The notes below the pieces were generated by a model. It made no database searches. It was given only the letters and a program-made list of their open reading frames with translations, and was not told where the DNA came from. A DNA stretch of 64,000 bases from Candidatus Eiseniibacteriota bacterium (GTDB lineage Bacteria > Eisenbacteria > RBG-16-71-46 > CAZAMP01): assembly GCA_965224245.1 (NCBI GenBank), contig OZ245046.1:1760001-1824000 (forward strand). The letters run 5' to 3'. A program made the position numbers and the translations under genes. Shown here piece by piece: positions 55,650 through 64,000 of the stretch (positions are counted from its first letter, which is position 1; every line of letters starts with the position of its first letter).

Positions 55650-57827
55650 ATGTCGTTCACGTGGTTGACGCGATGGAGTCTCTCCGCGCGCATCTTCGTC
55701 GGGCTCGGGCTCGGCATCGCTGTCGGGCTCTTCTTCGGAGAGCGCGCCGCGGTGCTGCAGCCGATCGCCGACGTCTACATCCGCCTGATGCAGATGACGG
55801 TGCTGCCGTATCTCGTCCTGTCACTGATCGTCGGGTTCGGACAGCTCGATCCGTCCCGGGCGCGACGGCTGGCGCTCTACGCGGGCGCACTGCTCCTGCT
55901 GGTTTGGGCGGTGGTGGGTGTGGTCATCGTGACCGCGCCGCTGGCGTTTCCGGAGAAGGAGAGCGCGTCCTTCTTCAGCCACTCCCTCGTCGAGCCCCGG
56001 AAGCCGTTTCCGGTGGCCGATCTCTACTTCACCTCGAACCCCTTCCACTCGATGGCCAACGCGGTGGTGCCCGCGGTGGTGCTGTTCAGCTCGCTGGTCG
56101 GGATCTTCCTCGTGGGCGTGGAGGGTCGAGAGCGCGTGATCGAGGCTCTCCGGACGCTCAACCGGTCCATCGAGCGCATCACGCACTTCATCATCCGGCT
56201 CACGCCGATCGGCGTGTTCGGGATCGGCGCGGTGGCGGCGGGGACGATGCCGCTGGAGACGTTCGAGCGCCTCGAGGTGTACTTCCTCGTCTTCGCCCTG
56301 GTCTCGCTGCTGTTGACGTTCTGGGTGCTACCGCTCCTCGTCACCGCCCTGACCCCGTTCCGATACGGCGAGGTCGTGGGCGCGGCCAGGGACGCCCTGG
56401 TCACGGCGTTCGCGACGAACAACGCGTTCATCGTGCTCCCGGTCCTCGTGGGCCGGTCGAAGGCACTGCTTCGCAAGCACCATCTGCTCGATGAGGAGAG
56501 CGCGTCCTCGGCCGACATCCTGATCCCGGTGCTGTTCAACTTCCCCAACGCGGGCCGGCTCCTCACACTGCTCTTCATTCCGTTCGCGGCCTGGCTCTCG
56601 GGGTCGATGCTGCCGGTGGCCGACTACCCGCGGCTCATCGCGGTGGGCATTCCCACGTACTTCGCCAAGGCCCAGGTGGCGATTCCGTTTCTCCTGGACG
56701 TGTTCACGCTGCCCCACGATCTCTTCCAGCTCTACATCCCCACCTCGATCCTGAACGGCAAGTTCGACTCGATGGTGGCGGCGATGAACCTGTTCGTGTT
56801 CGCGCTCATCGGCTCGGCCGCGATGGGAGGCTCCGTTCGCGTGAGCCGGGGTCGCGTGCTCAGGGCCGTCGCGGCCACCCTCGGGGGCGTCTCGCTCGTC
56901 GTCGCCACCGCGCGCGTTCTGGCGAGCATCGTGGTCGGCGGCGACTACGACGCCGACGAGGTCATCCGCCGCATGCACGCCTCCCGCGACCACGGTGGGG
57001 CGATCGTTCATCGGGACCTGTCGTCGGTCGACCGACCCGACGCACACCCCGACGGCGTGCTCGCCCGTGCGCGGGAACGGGGCACGTTGCGACTCGGCTT
57101 CGATCCAGGGAATCTGCCGTTCAGCTTCTTCAACGCCGATAGCGCACTGGTGGGCCTGGACGTCGAGCTCGCCTGCGATCTCGCCGACGCGCTCGGCCTG
57201 ACGCCCGAGTTCGTTCCCGTCTCCTGGCCCGACTTGCCCGGCATGCTGGCCGACGGCCTCATCGACGTGATGCCGAGCATGTGGGTCCGCCCGTACTGGT
57301 TCGGCTCGCTCCGGCTGTCCACCCCGTATCTGACCTGCACGGCGGGGCTCCTCGTGCGCGACGAACGTCGCCACCAGTTCCAGACGCTCGACACGATCCG
57401 GGGGCAGCGTGATCTCCGGATCGGTGTCCCCCTGGGGGTGACCCAGCTCGCCTCGGCGGTGGAACGCTACTTCGGCGGGACCGGCGCCGAGTTCGTCACG
57501 CTCCCGACGGGTCGCGCGTTCGTCGAGCGCGACGGCCTCGGTCTCGACGCGGCGCTGATCCCGGCCGAGTCGGGGGCCGCGGTCACACTGCTCCACCCCG
57601 AGTACTCGGTCGTCGTCCCGCAGCCCGATCCGGTGCGGATTCCGTTCGCGTTCGGCGTGGCCCTCGATGCCGACCCGCTCCTCATGGTGGTCGACGAGTG
57701 GGTCGTGTTCGCCGAGAGTGACGGACGGATCGCCCGCGCCTACGACTACTGGGTGCTCGGCGAAGGAGCACGCCCCACCGGTGGTCGCTGGTCGATCGCC
57801 AGGGACGTCCTGGGCTGGATCGACTGA
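55650..57827 (+). CDS. Dicarboxylate/amino acid:cation symporter (DAACS) fused to a C-terminal family-3 solute-binding domain
   Basis: IRLMQMTVLPY, SNPFHSMAN, TPIGVF, multi-TM; then ERGTLRLGF..PFSFFN..LVGLDVELA (SBP_bac_3-like). Confidence 0.88.
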   Translation: MSFTWLTRWSLSARIFVGLGLGIAVGLFFGERAAVLQPIADVYIRLMQMTVLPYLVLSLIVGFGQLDPSRARRLALYAGALLLLVWAVVGVVIVTAPLAFPEKESASFFSHSLVEPRKPFPVADLYFTSNPFHSMANAVVPAVVLFSSLVGIFLVGVEGRERVIEALRTLNRSIERITHFIIRLTPIGVFGIGAVAAGTMPLETFERLEVYFLVFALVSLLLTFWVLPLLVTALTPFRYGEVVGAARDALVTAFATNNAFIVLPVLVGRSKALLRKHHLLDEESASSADILIPVLFNFPNAGRLLTLLFIPFAAWLSGSMLPVADYPRLIAVGIPTYFAKAQVAIPFLLDVFTLPHDLFQLYIPTSILNGKFDSMVAAMNLFVFALIGSAAMGGSVRVSRGRVLRAVAATLGGVSLVVATARVLASIVVGGDYDADEVIRRMHASRDHGGAIVHRDLSSVDRPDAHPDGVLARARERGTLRLGFDPGNLPFSFFNADSALVGLDVELACDLADALGLTPEFVPVSWPDLPGMLADGLIDVMPSMWVRPYWFGSLRLSTPYLTCTAGLLVRDERRHQFQTLDTIRGQRDLRIGVPLGVTQLASAVERYFGGTGAEFVTLPTGRAFVERDGLGLDAALIPAESGAAVTLLHPEYSVVVPQPDPVRIPFAFGVALDADPLLMVVDEWVVFAESDGRIARAYDYWVLGEGARPTGGRWSIARDVLGWID

Positions 57828-57859
57828 TCCCGGCACGCCGCGGAGAGGAGCGACACCGG

Positions 57860-58876
57860 ATGCGGTCCCGACACGCCATCACGAACGCGGCGCTCGCGCT
57901 CGTCCTGGGCGCGGCCGCCGCGGTGGCGGCGGAGCCGCCGGAGAGCCCGGCGGGGACAGAGCCGACCCCGGAGGAGACGGAGCAGACCCCGGAGGAGACG
58001 GAGCCGACCCCGCCGCGACCCCGTCCCGACCTGGCCCAGCGCGCGGCCTCGCACCTTCTGTTCACGCCCGTGCGCTGGGTGGACGACCTCTTCGGCGAGG
58101 AGATCGGCGCACAGGAGACCAATCACTCCTACCTGCGCGTCTCGGGCAGCGCGCGCGGGCAGGAGCGGGACGATCCGGACTACCGGCCCGGCACGCGCCT
58201 GAAGCTGGACTTCCCCCGCGTGAACCGGCGCCTGAGCCTGATCCTGTCCGGCGGACCGGACGACGACATCGACGACCTCGCCGATCATCCGGACGACGGC
58301 GCGGACCTCGACGTTCCGGCGGAAGAGGACCGCAACAACTCGTTCCTCGGGCTAAACCAGCAGCTCGTCCGCTGGGTTCGCACCCGGGTGGACCTGCGCG
58401 GAGGCGTCAAGGCCGGATGGCGTCCGTTCGGTCAGCTGCGCTTCCGGCAGGACGTGCCCGTGTCCGGACGATGGCTCCTCCGCCTCACACAGACCGGACA
58501 GTGGATCCACGAGGACGGTCTGGGCGCGGGCACGCGGCTCGAGCTGGATCGGCCGATCGGTCGCACGCTCCTCCGGATCACCGGTCGCGCCACGCTCGAC
58601 GAGTTCGACGGGCTCGACTGGTCGTCGGGCGTGAGCGTGTACCGGCCGCTCCGGCGCCGGGCGGCGGTGTCGATCGATGCGTCGGTGTTCGGCATCTCGG
58701 ACACCCGATCGGAAATCGTGCAGTACCGCGTGGGCACGCGGTTCCGGGTGGCGGTCCGACCGCGCTGGTGGTTCGTCGAGATCGAGCCCGAGCTGACGTG
58801 GCCGCTCGCCACCGATCGATACCGCGTGCCCGCGGTCACGGCACGCACCGAGATCGTGCTCGGATGGACCGGCTGA
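57860..58876 (+). CDS. Exported protein, probable outer-membrane beta-barrel
   Basis: Signal peptide, WVDDLFG, alternating beta-strand patterns, WFVEIEPELTWP. Confidence 0.7.
   Translation: MRSRHAITNAALALVLGAAAAVAAEPPESPAGTEPTPEETEQTPEETEPTPPRPRPDLAQRAASHLLFTPVRWVDDLFGEEIGAQETNHSYLRVSGSARGQERDDPDYRPGTRLKLDFPRVNRRLSLILSGGPDDDIDDLADHPDDGADLDVPAEEDRNNSFLGLNQQLVRWVRTRVDLRGGVKAGWRPFGQLRFRQDVPVSGRWLLRLTQTGQWIHEDGLGAGTRLELDRPIGRTLLRITGRATLDEFDGLDWSSGVSVYRPLRRRAAVSIDASVFGISDTRSEIVQYRVGTRFRVAVRPRWWFVEIEPELTWPLATDRYRVPAVTARTEIVLGWTG
57964..58012 (+). repeat. 21-bp tandem repeat in a coding linker (TPEETE(Q/P))
   Basis: GACCCCGGAGGAGACGGAGC twice plus a partial copy. Confidence 0.85.
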
Positions 58877-58909
58877 CGCGCGTGCCCCGGGCCGTCTCGC
58901 CGGGCGCGG

Positions 58910-61711
58910 TCACCCGCCGGCGGGCGCACCCTCCGGCCCGATCAGGCCGTGATGCTCCAGAAACGCCACGAACCGACCGTCGGCCCGCACGTCGGCCTGG
59001 AAGCGGGGGTCGCGGATCAGGTTGGCGTAGACCCAGGGGTTCGCGCACACCGTCGGCAGGTTGATCAGCGAGATCGGTTGCTCGGTGACCCGCCGGTACA
59101 GGTCGTACACGAGATCGGGCGCGACCATGTCGGCACTCTGCACGAGGACGACCTTCTCCACCGCGCCCCGCGGAAACGTGCGATTGCTCATGATCGACGG
59201 GATGGCCTCCTCCAGCTCGCGCCGGGCGAGCGCGCTGTCGCCGGTCATGTAGGTCAGCTTGGGTCGAAACGTCGCCTTGTCGAAGATGCAGATGACCCGC
59301 TCGCTGTAGGGGCGGGTGGTCGAGCGGAGCGCGCCGTCGATGATGGCGGCCGCTTCGCCGGGGTGTCCCTCGGCGATCAGGAGATGGGCGTGATTGGCCT
59401 CGTCGTTGATCTGAGCGGGACACGACCAGTCCCCGTGACCGGCGTGATGCCGATCCCACCGTCCGGCCCACGCGTCGGCGTAGCCGTCGAAGTCGTCCTC
59501 GAACATCGCGACGATCATCTCGTAGTCCTGCACCTTGCGAACGTTGCACCCCGGACCCCGATCGATCGTGTTCACCGCGTGCTCGAACGCATCGAACGAG
59601 GCCCGCGAGCCGTCGGCGAGGAACGCGTAGTAACGCGCCTCCACGAGGTGATGCGTCGCGGTCGGATCCATGTCCGACAGCCGCTCCAGAAACGGCACCA
59701 TGTCCGCGAACCGTTCGGTCATTTCGTACCCGTAGGTCAGACCGGAGATGACCCGGTAGTTGGCGGGGTCGATCGCGAACGCCCGCTCGAGGACGCCGAC
59801 CGCCCGCTCCGGCTGCTCGAGATCGAGGTACAGGAGGGCCAGGTACGAGAGCGTGACCGCGTCGTTCGGCGCCAGCGTCATCGCCTGGTCGAACGCACGG
59901 ACGGCCTGAACCGCATCCTTGGTGACGACGACGTGGTAGTAGCCCTCGGCTCGCAGCACCTCGAGGTTCCCGGGGTCCAGCTCGCGCGCACGCCCGAGGG
60001 CGGCGTCGGCGGCCGCCAGCGCCGAGTCCGCGTCGGCCTCGCGTCCCTCGAGCCCGCGGTACAGCGCGACCTCGTCGGAGAGGCCCACCGCGAGGAGCGC
60101 CCACCCCTCGACGAAGTCGGGGTCGGTCCGCACCGCCTCCCGGATGAGCGCGATGGCGTCCTCCAGCGCGTCGAAGTCGGGCCAGGCGTTCACGACGCGC
60201 CGCGCCCGGAGATAGCGATCGTAGACGGACGTAGCGGCCGTGGGAACCACGGCCATCCGATCGGCCTCCTCGGGCGTGATGCGCGCCTCCAGCGCGGATG
60301 CGATCGCCTGCGCGATCTCGGCCTGCACGGCGAACACGTCCTCGACGTGACGATCGTAGCTCTCGGACCACAGTCCCTGATCGGTCTCGGAGTCGATCAG
60401 GCGGGCGGTGATGCGGACCTCGTCACCCTGTCGCCGGACGGCCCCCTCGACGACGTACCGAACACCCAGCCGGCGGCCGATCGATCGGGCGTCGTCGGCT
60501 CGGCGCTGCGCGGTCATCGCCGAGCGCTTGGAGATCACGCGGAGGGCGGCGATCGCGCCGAGGCGCGTGAGGACGTCCTCGTACATCCCGACCGAGAAGT
60601 ACGCGTCGGTGCTGTCGGGGCTCAGATCCTCGAACGGCAGCACCGCGAGCGTCGGCGTCTCGGTCCGGCCGGCGTCGCCCCCACCCCCGAACAGCCGGAC
60701 ACCGATCCCGACGAGGACGACGAGGACGACGAGGACCGCGAGCGCCCCCGCGACGGCGAGCGGCGTCGTGCGACGGCGCGCGCCGCCGGTCGGCCCGGCG
60801 GGCGACGGCGTCGCCGTGGGCCCGGACCGCATCGGCATCGTCGTCGCCGGCGTCTCCGCCAGGGCGTGGAGCGCAGCGAGGAGGTCGGTGGCCGACGCGG
60901 GCCTCGCCTCTCGGTCCTTCTCGAGACACGTCATCACCACGTCCGCGAGCGGCCCGGGCACGGACGTCAGGACCTCGTCCGGACGCGCCGGCGTCCGGTT
61001 CAGGATCTCGTTCCAGATCGCCGCGTGCGTGGCGCCGGTGAACGGACGGGCTCCGGTCAGCATCTCGTACAGCACGATGCCCACCGAGAACACGTCCGAC
61101 CGCGGATCGACGGCCTGTCCGAGCGCCTGCTCGGGACTCATGTAGTGCACGGTCCCGAGCGTGGTGCCGGGCTCGGTCACGTCGAACGCGGCGGGCGGGC
61201 CCTTCCCGGTCACCGTCGGCGAGTCGGGGTTGACGACGTCGGCGGGCCGCTTGGCCAGACCGAAGTCCAGGATCTTCACGTCACCGCGCGTGGTGATGAG
61301 CAGATTCGCGGGCTTGATGTCCCGGTGGACGATGCGCGCCGCGTGGGCGGCGGCCAGCGCGTCGGCCACCTGGACGGCCAGGCGGATGGTCTCGCCCGGG
61401 TCGATCGGGCCGCGTCGCAGCCGCTCGGCCAGCGTCTCGCCCTCGAGGTGCTCCATGACCAGATAGAGCCGCCCCTCGTGCTCCCCGAAGTCGTGGATCA
61501 CGCAGATGTTCGGATGGCTCAGGGCCGACGTCGCCCGCGCTTCCCGTTCGAACCGGGCCCTGGCGGCGGCGTCGAGGTGCAGTCCCCCGGGAAGCAGCTT
61601 GATCGCGACCCGTCGATCGAGCGTGCGATCGATCGCCAGGTAGACCTCGCCCATGCCCCCCTGGCCGAGGCGCTCGGTGATCTCGTAGCGGCCGATGCGG
61701 GTTCCGATCAC
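58910..61711 (-). CDS. Ser/Thr kinase with TM, TolB-N-like domain, TPRs and a Cys/His-rich tail
   Basis: GQGGMGEVY, HRDIKPAN, DFG, GTVHYMSPEQ; TM; TLAVLPFEDLS; tail WDRHHAGHGDWSCP. Confidence 0.95.
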   Translation of the reverse strand: MIGTRIGRYEITERLGQGGMGEVYLAIDRTLDRRVAIKLLPGGLHLDAAARARFEREARATSALSHPNICVIHDFGEHEGRLYLVMEHLEGETLAERLRRGPIDPGETIRLAVQVADALAAAHAARIVHRDIKPANLLITTRGDVKILDFGLAKRPADVVNPDSPTVTGKGPPAAFDVTEPGTTLGTVHYMSPEQALGQAVDPRSDVFSVGIVLYEMLTGARPFTGATHAAIWNEILNRTPARPDEVLTSVPGPLADVVMTCLEKDREARPASATDLLAALHALAETPATTMPMRSGPTATPSPAGPTGGARRRTTPLAVAGALAVLVVLVVLVGIGVRLFGGGGDAGRTETPTLAVLPFEDLSPDSTDAYFSVGMYEDVLTRLGAIAALRVISKRSAMTAQRRADDARSIGRRLGVRYVVEGAVRRQGDEVRITARLIDSETDQGLWSESYDRHVEDVFAVQAEIAQAIASALEARITPEEADRMAVVPTAATSVYDRYLRARRVVNAWPDFDALEDAIALIREAVRTDPDFVEGWALLAVGLSDEVALYRGLEGREADADSALAAADAALGRARELDPGNLEVLRAEGYYHVVVTKDAVQAVRAFDQAMTLAPNDAVTLSYLALLYLDLEQPERAVGVLERAFAIDPANYRVISGLTYGYEMTERFADMVPFLERLSDMDPTATHHLVEARYYAFLADGSRASFDAFEHAVNTIDRGPGCNVRKVQDYEMIVAMFEDDFDGYADAWAGRWDRHHAGHGDWSCPAQINDEANHAHLLIAEGHPGEAAAIIDGALRSTTRPYSERVICIFDKATFRPKLTYMTGDSALARRELEEAIPSIMSNRTFPRGAVEKVVLVQSADMVAPDLVYDLYRRVTEQPISLINLPTVCANPWVYANLIRDPRFQADVRADGRFVAFLEHHGLIGPEGAPAGG

Positions 61712-61870
61712 GCGTTCTCTCGATCCGATCGGGAGTGGCCGTCGGCGACCGGGAAGAATCGGCCCCACACGTCTCGGCCCCGTCGTCGACGGGCCCGGTG
61801 CGTCATCCGACGTCGTCAGGCTCGGCCAGCATACTCGACGCGTCGCACATCTTCCATGGATCGCGTATCC

Positions 61871-62065
61871 TCAGCGTCGATCTCGCTCCGCGCTCGCTCG
61901 GCCCGGCAGCCGCGTCGGCTTGCAGAGGTAGCGCTTCTGGTTGGCCACGCGCGCGCACTTTCGACAGATGAAGCGGGGCCGATCCACCAGACGCGCGATC
62001 TCGTCCAGGTGGTCCCGCAGCGTGGACTTCGAGACGTCACACAGGCTGTCGAACTCGGCACCCAT
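61871..62065 (-). CDS. Small four-Cys protein
   Basis: MGAEFDSLC..PRFICRKCARVANQKRYLCKP; GGAGG ribosome-binding site. Confidence 0.75.
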   Translation of the reverse strand: MGAEFDSLCDVSKSTLRDHLDEIARLVDRPRFICRKCARVANQKRYLCKPTRLPGRASAERDRR

Positions 62066-62109
62066 GGAAGACCTCCGCGTCGCCGCGCCGGGAGCTCGGG
62101 CGGTGCCGG

Positions 62110-62988
62110 GTGCTCGACTCGAACACGACCGGGAGCCCCGAGATGCACGACCGCGATCACGGCTCGCCGGCGCAATCGCCGCCGAGCCCCCACGACCCGA
62201 AGCATACACGACGAGGTCCGTGCGCGAGACGGCGCGTGCCCTGCTCCGGAGCCCGGGCCTCATGCATCCGACGTACCGGGTATCTCGTGCTGGTGAGCGC
62301 GTGCCTCGGGTACGGCACCGCCCACGCCGAGCCGCCGGTCCGGGGCGAGAACTCGGCGATGGTCGCCGCGGCGGACACCCCCGCCGCGCACGAGCACCAC
62401 GACGACGCCACGGTCCATCACCGCTTCGAGGACGCGGACGCGTGGGCGGCCCGCTTCGAAGACCCCGATCGAGACGCGTGGCAGCTCCCCGACGACGTCG
62501 TATCGGCCATCGTCACCCGCGACGACCTCGTCATCGCCGACATCGGCTCGGCGACCGGGTACTTCCCGGTCCGCTTCGCCCGGGCCTGCCCCGACGGACT
62601 GGTGATCGGAGCCGACATCGAGCCCGACATGGTCTACTACCTCAACGATCGCGCCCGCCGCGAGGGGCTCTCGAACCTGGTCAGCGTGCTCGCGGCACCG
62701 GACGATCCGCATCTGCCGGCAACGGCCGACGTGATCTTCATCTGCAACACCTACCATCACATCGACGATCGTCTGGATTACTTCACGCGCCTCCGAGGTC
62801 AGCTCCGCGAGGACGGCCGGCTCGTCGTGGTCGATTATCGACCGGCGTCTCGGCGCGGACCGCCGCACAAGCTCCCCGCCGAGCACGTGGAGACCGAGCT
62901 CATCGAGGCCGGCTACGAGGTCGCCGAGCGACACGACTTCCTGCCCGATCAGTACTTCGTCGTGTTTCGCCCCCGAGCCGGTCAATGA
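62110..62988 (+). CDS. Class I SAM-dependent methyltransferase (start uncertain; signal-peptide-like N-terminus)
   Basis: RDAWQLPD, IADIGSATGYF, GADIEPDM, DVIFICNTYHHI, GRLVVVDY, FLPDQYFVVF. Confidence 0.88.
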   Translation: MLDSNTTGSPEMHDRDHGSPAQSPPSPHDPKHTRRGPCARRRVPCSGARASCIRRTGYLVLVSACLGYGTAHAEPPVRGENSAMVAAADTPAAHEHHDDATVHHRFEDADAWAARFEDPDRDAWQLPDDVVSAIVTRDDLVIADIGSATGYFPVRFARACPDGLVIGADIEPDMVYYLNDRARREGLSNLVSVLAAPDDPHLPATADVIFICNTYHHIDDRLDYFTRLRGQLREDGRLVVVDYRPASRRGPPHKLPAEHVETELIEAGYEVAERHDFLPDQYFVVFRPRAGQ

Positions 62989-63116
62989 TCGATCGACACG
63001 ATCGGCGATCGCGGTTCGAGCGCGCTGGACCGGGAGGCTTGCGTCCGGCGGTCGTCCCGGGGCTATACTCGCGCGAGTCCCTTCACCCCGACGCCGGCGG
63101 CCGGAGGATCCTCGCG

Positions 63117-63311
63117 ATGCCGTTCTACGAGTACCGCTGCTCGTCGTGCGACGAGCGCTTCACGCTGATGCGCGCCATCGACGAACGGGACCTTCCCGCG
63201 GCGTGTCCCGGCTGCGGCGCGAACGAGTCGACGCGCCAGCTCTCCGTGTTCGCGACCGGCGCCTCGGACGCGTCGGTCGCCGGCGATGCGTGCCGGCCGG
63301 GCTTCTCCTGA
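63117..63311 (+). CDS. FmdB-family zinc-ribbon protein
   Basis: MPFYEYRCSSC..CPGCG..RQLSVFA; GGAGG ribosome-binding site; TATACT upstream. Confidence 0.9.
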   Translation: MPFYEYRCSSCDERFTLMRAIDERDLPAACPGCGANESTRQLSVFATGASDASVAGDACRPGFS

Positions 63312-63598
63312 CGACCCGCCCGCTAGGGAGCCGGGTGCCCCCTCCCTCACACCGGAGTGAGCGATCCGACCGGCCGGCGTGCCCGACACCGACCCCCTCC
63401 CCGCGCGCTCGCGGGCGAGCCGCCGCGCGAGGCCGTTCACGCTTGACAGGCTCCGCGGTCACGTTGCTAACTCTCGACGTGCACGGACGATACAAAGACG
63501 ACCATCCCGACCGGCGCGGGAGACGCCCGGTCCCCGGCACGATGCGCTCCCCGCTCGCGCGCGGCAGCGTCATCCCCCGTCGATCGGGCGCAGTCCCG

Positions 63599-64000
63599 AT
63601 GCCCGGAGACGGGAGCGGAGCTCTCGGGATCACACGTTCGGTCGTCCTGTCTCTGCTCCTCGTCTCGACCTCGCTCCCGACATCCGGAGCGCGTGGCGAC
63701 CCGCCGCGTCTCCGCGTCTTCGCCGCGGCCAGCCTCACCGACGTGCTCGAGAGCCTGGCATCCGGGTTTACGGACGCACGCGTGGACGTGAGCCTCGGGG
63801 GATCCAGCGCACTCGCCCGGCAGATCCGCGACGGCGCACCGGTCGACGTCTTCGTCTCGGCCAGCCCCGACTGGATCGAGGACCTCCGCGAGGCGGATGC
63901 GATCACCGGAGAGGCGGTCGTGCTCGCCCGCAATCGCCTGGTCTGCGTCGCCCCCCGGGGCAGTCCGCTCGCCGAGGTGGGAGACGGCCTCACCGCGCCC
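63599..64000 (+). CDS. modA: Molybdate ABC transporter substrate-binding protein (partial, runs off window)
   Basis: Signal peptide, then LRVFAAASLTDVL..GGSSALARQIRDGAPVDVFVSAS..NRLV. Confidence 0.9.
   Translation, partial: MPGDGSGALGITRSVVLSLLLVSTSLPTSGARGDPPRLRVFAAASLTDVLESLASGFTDARVDVSLGGSSALARQIRDGAPVDVFVSASPDWIEDLREADAITGEAVVLARNRLVCVAPRGSPLAEVGDGLTAP

Noticed and set aside
63312-63598. Moco riboswitch, ModE box or sigma-70 promoter upstream of modA
   Set aside because: TTGACA is present at 63443, but the -10 spacing is poor (19 nt), the ModE-like half sites are too degenerate, and no riboswitch core is recognisable.

Overview
High-GC bacterial DNA. A FlgD/T9SS-like C-terminal domain on a secreted LVIVD protein and a decayed 'VETSTWGQVKAVYR' C-terminal motif suggest an FCB-group lineage such as Eisenbacteria, Krumholzibacteriota or Latescibacterota (inference). 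Main contents: (1) a glnII-amt-glsA nitrogen operon whose glutaminase has the animal GLS architecture (N-terminal helical region, catalytic domain, ankyrin repeats); (2) four ECF43/TIGR02999-type sigma factors, eight full-length Hanks Ser/Thr kinases, a probable ninth kinase tail and three kinase stubs; (3) a B12-radical SAM enzyme with an RRE-like tail; (4) a Cys-rich ECF mini-regulon defined by a duplicated TGTATC-N16-CCGTCC motif; (5) a DUF4160-like/HTH toxin-antitoxin pair with a promoter and operator, whose toxin appears to start at ATA; (6) the strongest candidate for an undescribed system, a ~14 kb locus in which a di-heme-c sensor kinase and an NtrC-type activator sit upstream of a sigma-54 promoter and a 9-gene Qrc/ACIII-like respiratory operon (26 heme-c motifs). 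The operon ends in a CBS + cNMP-binding + TM + 12-heme cytochrome fusion and a stand-alone CBS protein. Intergenic regions hold many deletion scars and pseudogene remnants. No rRNA, tRNA, CRISPR array or transposase was recognised. All family calls come from motif recognition by eye; no database searches were run.
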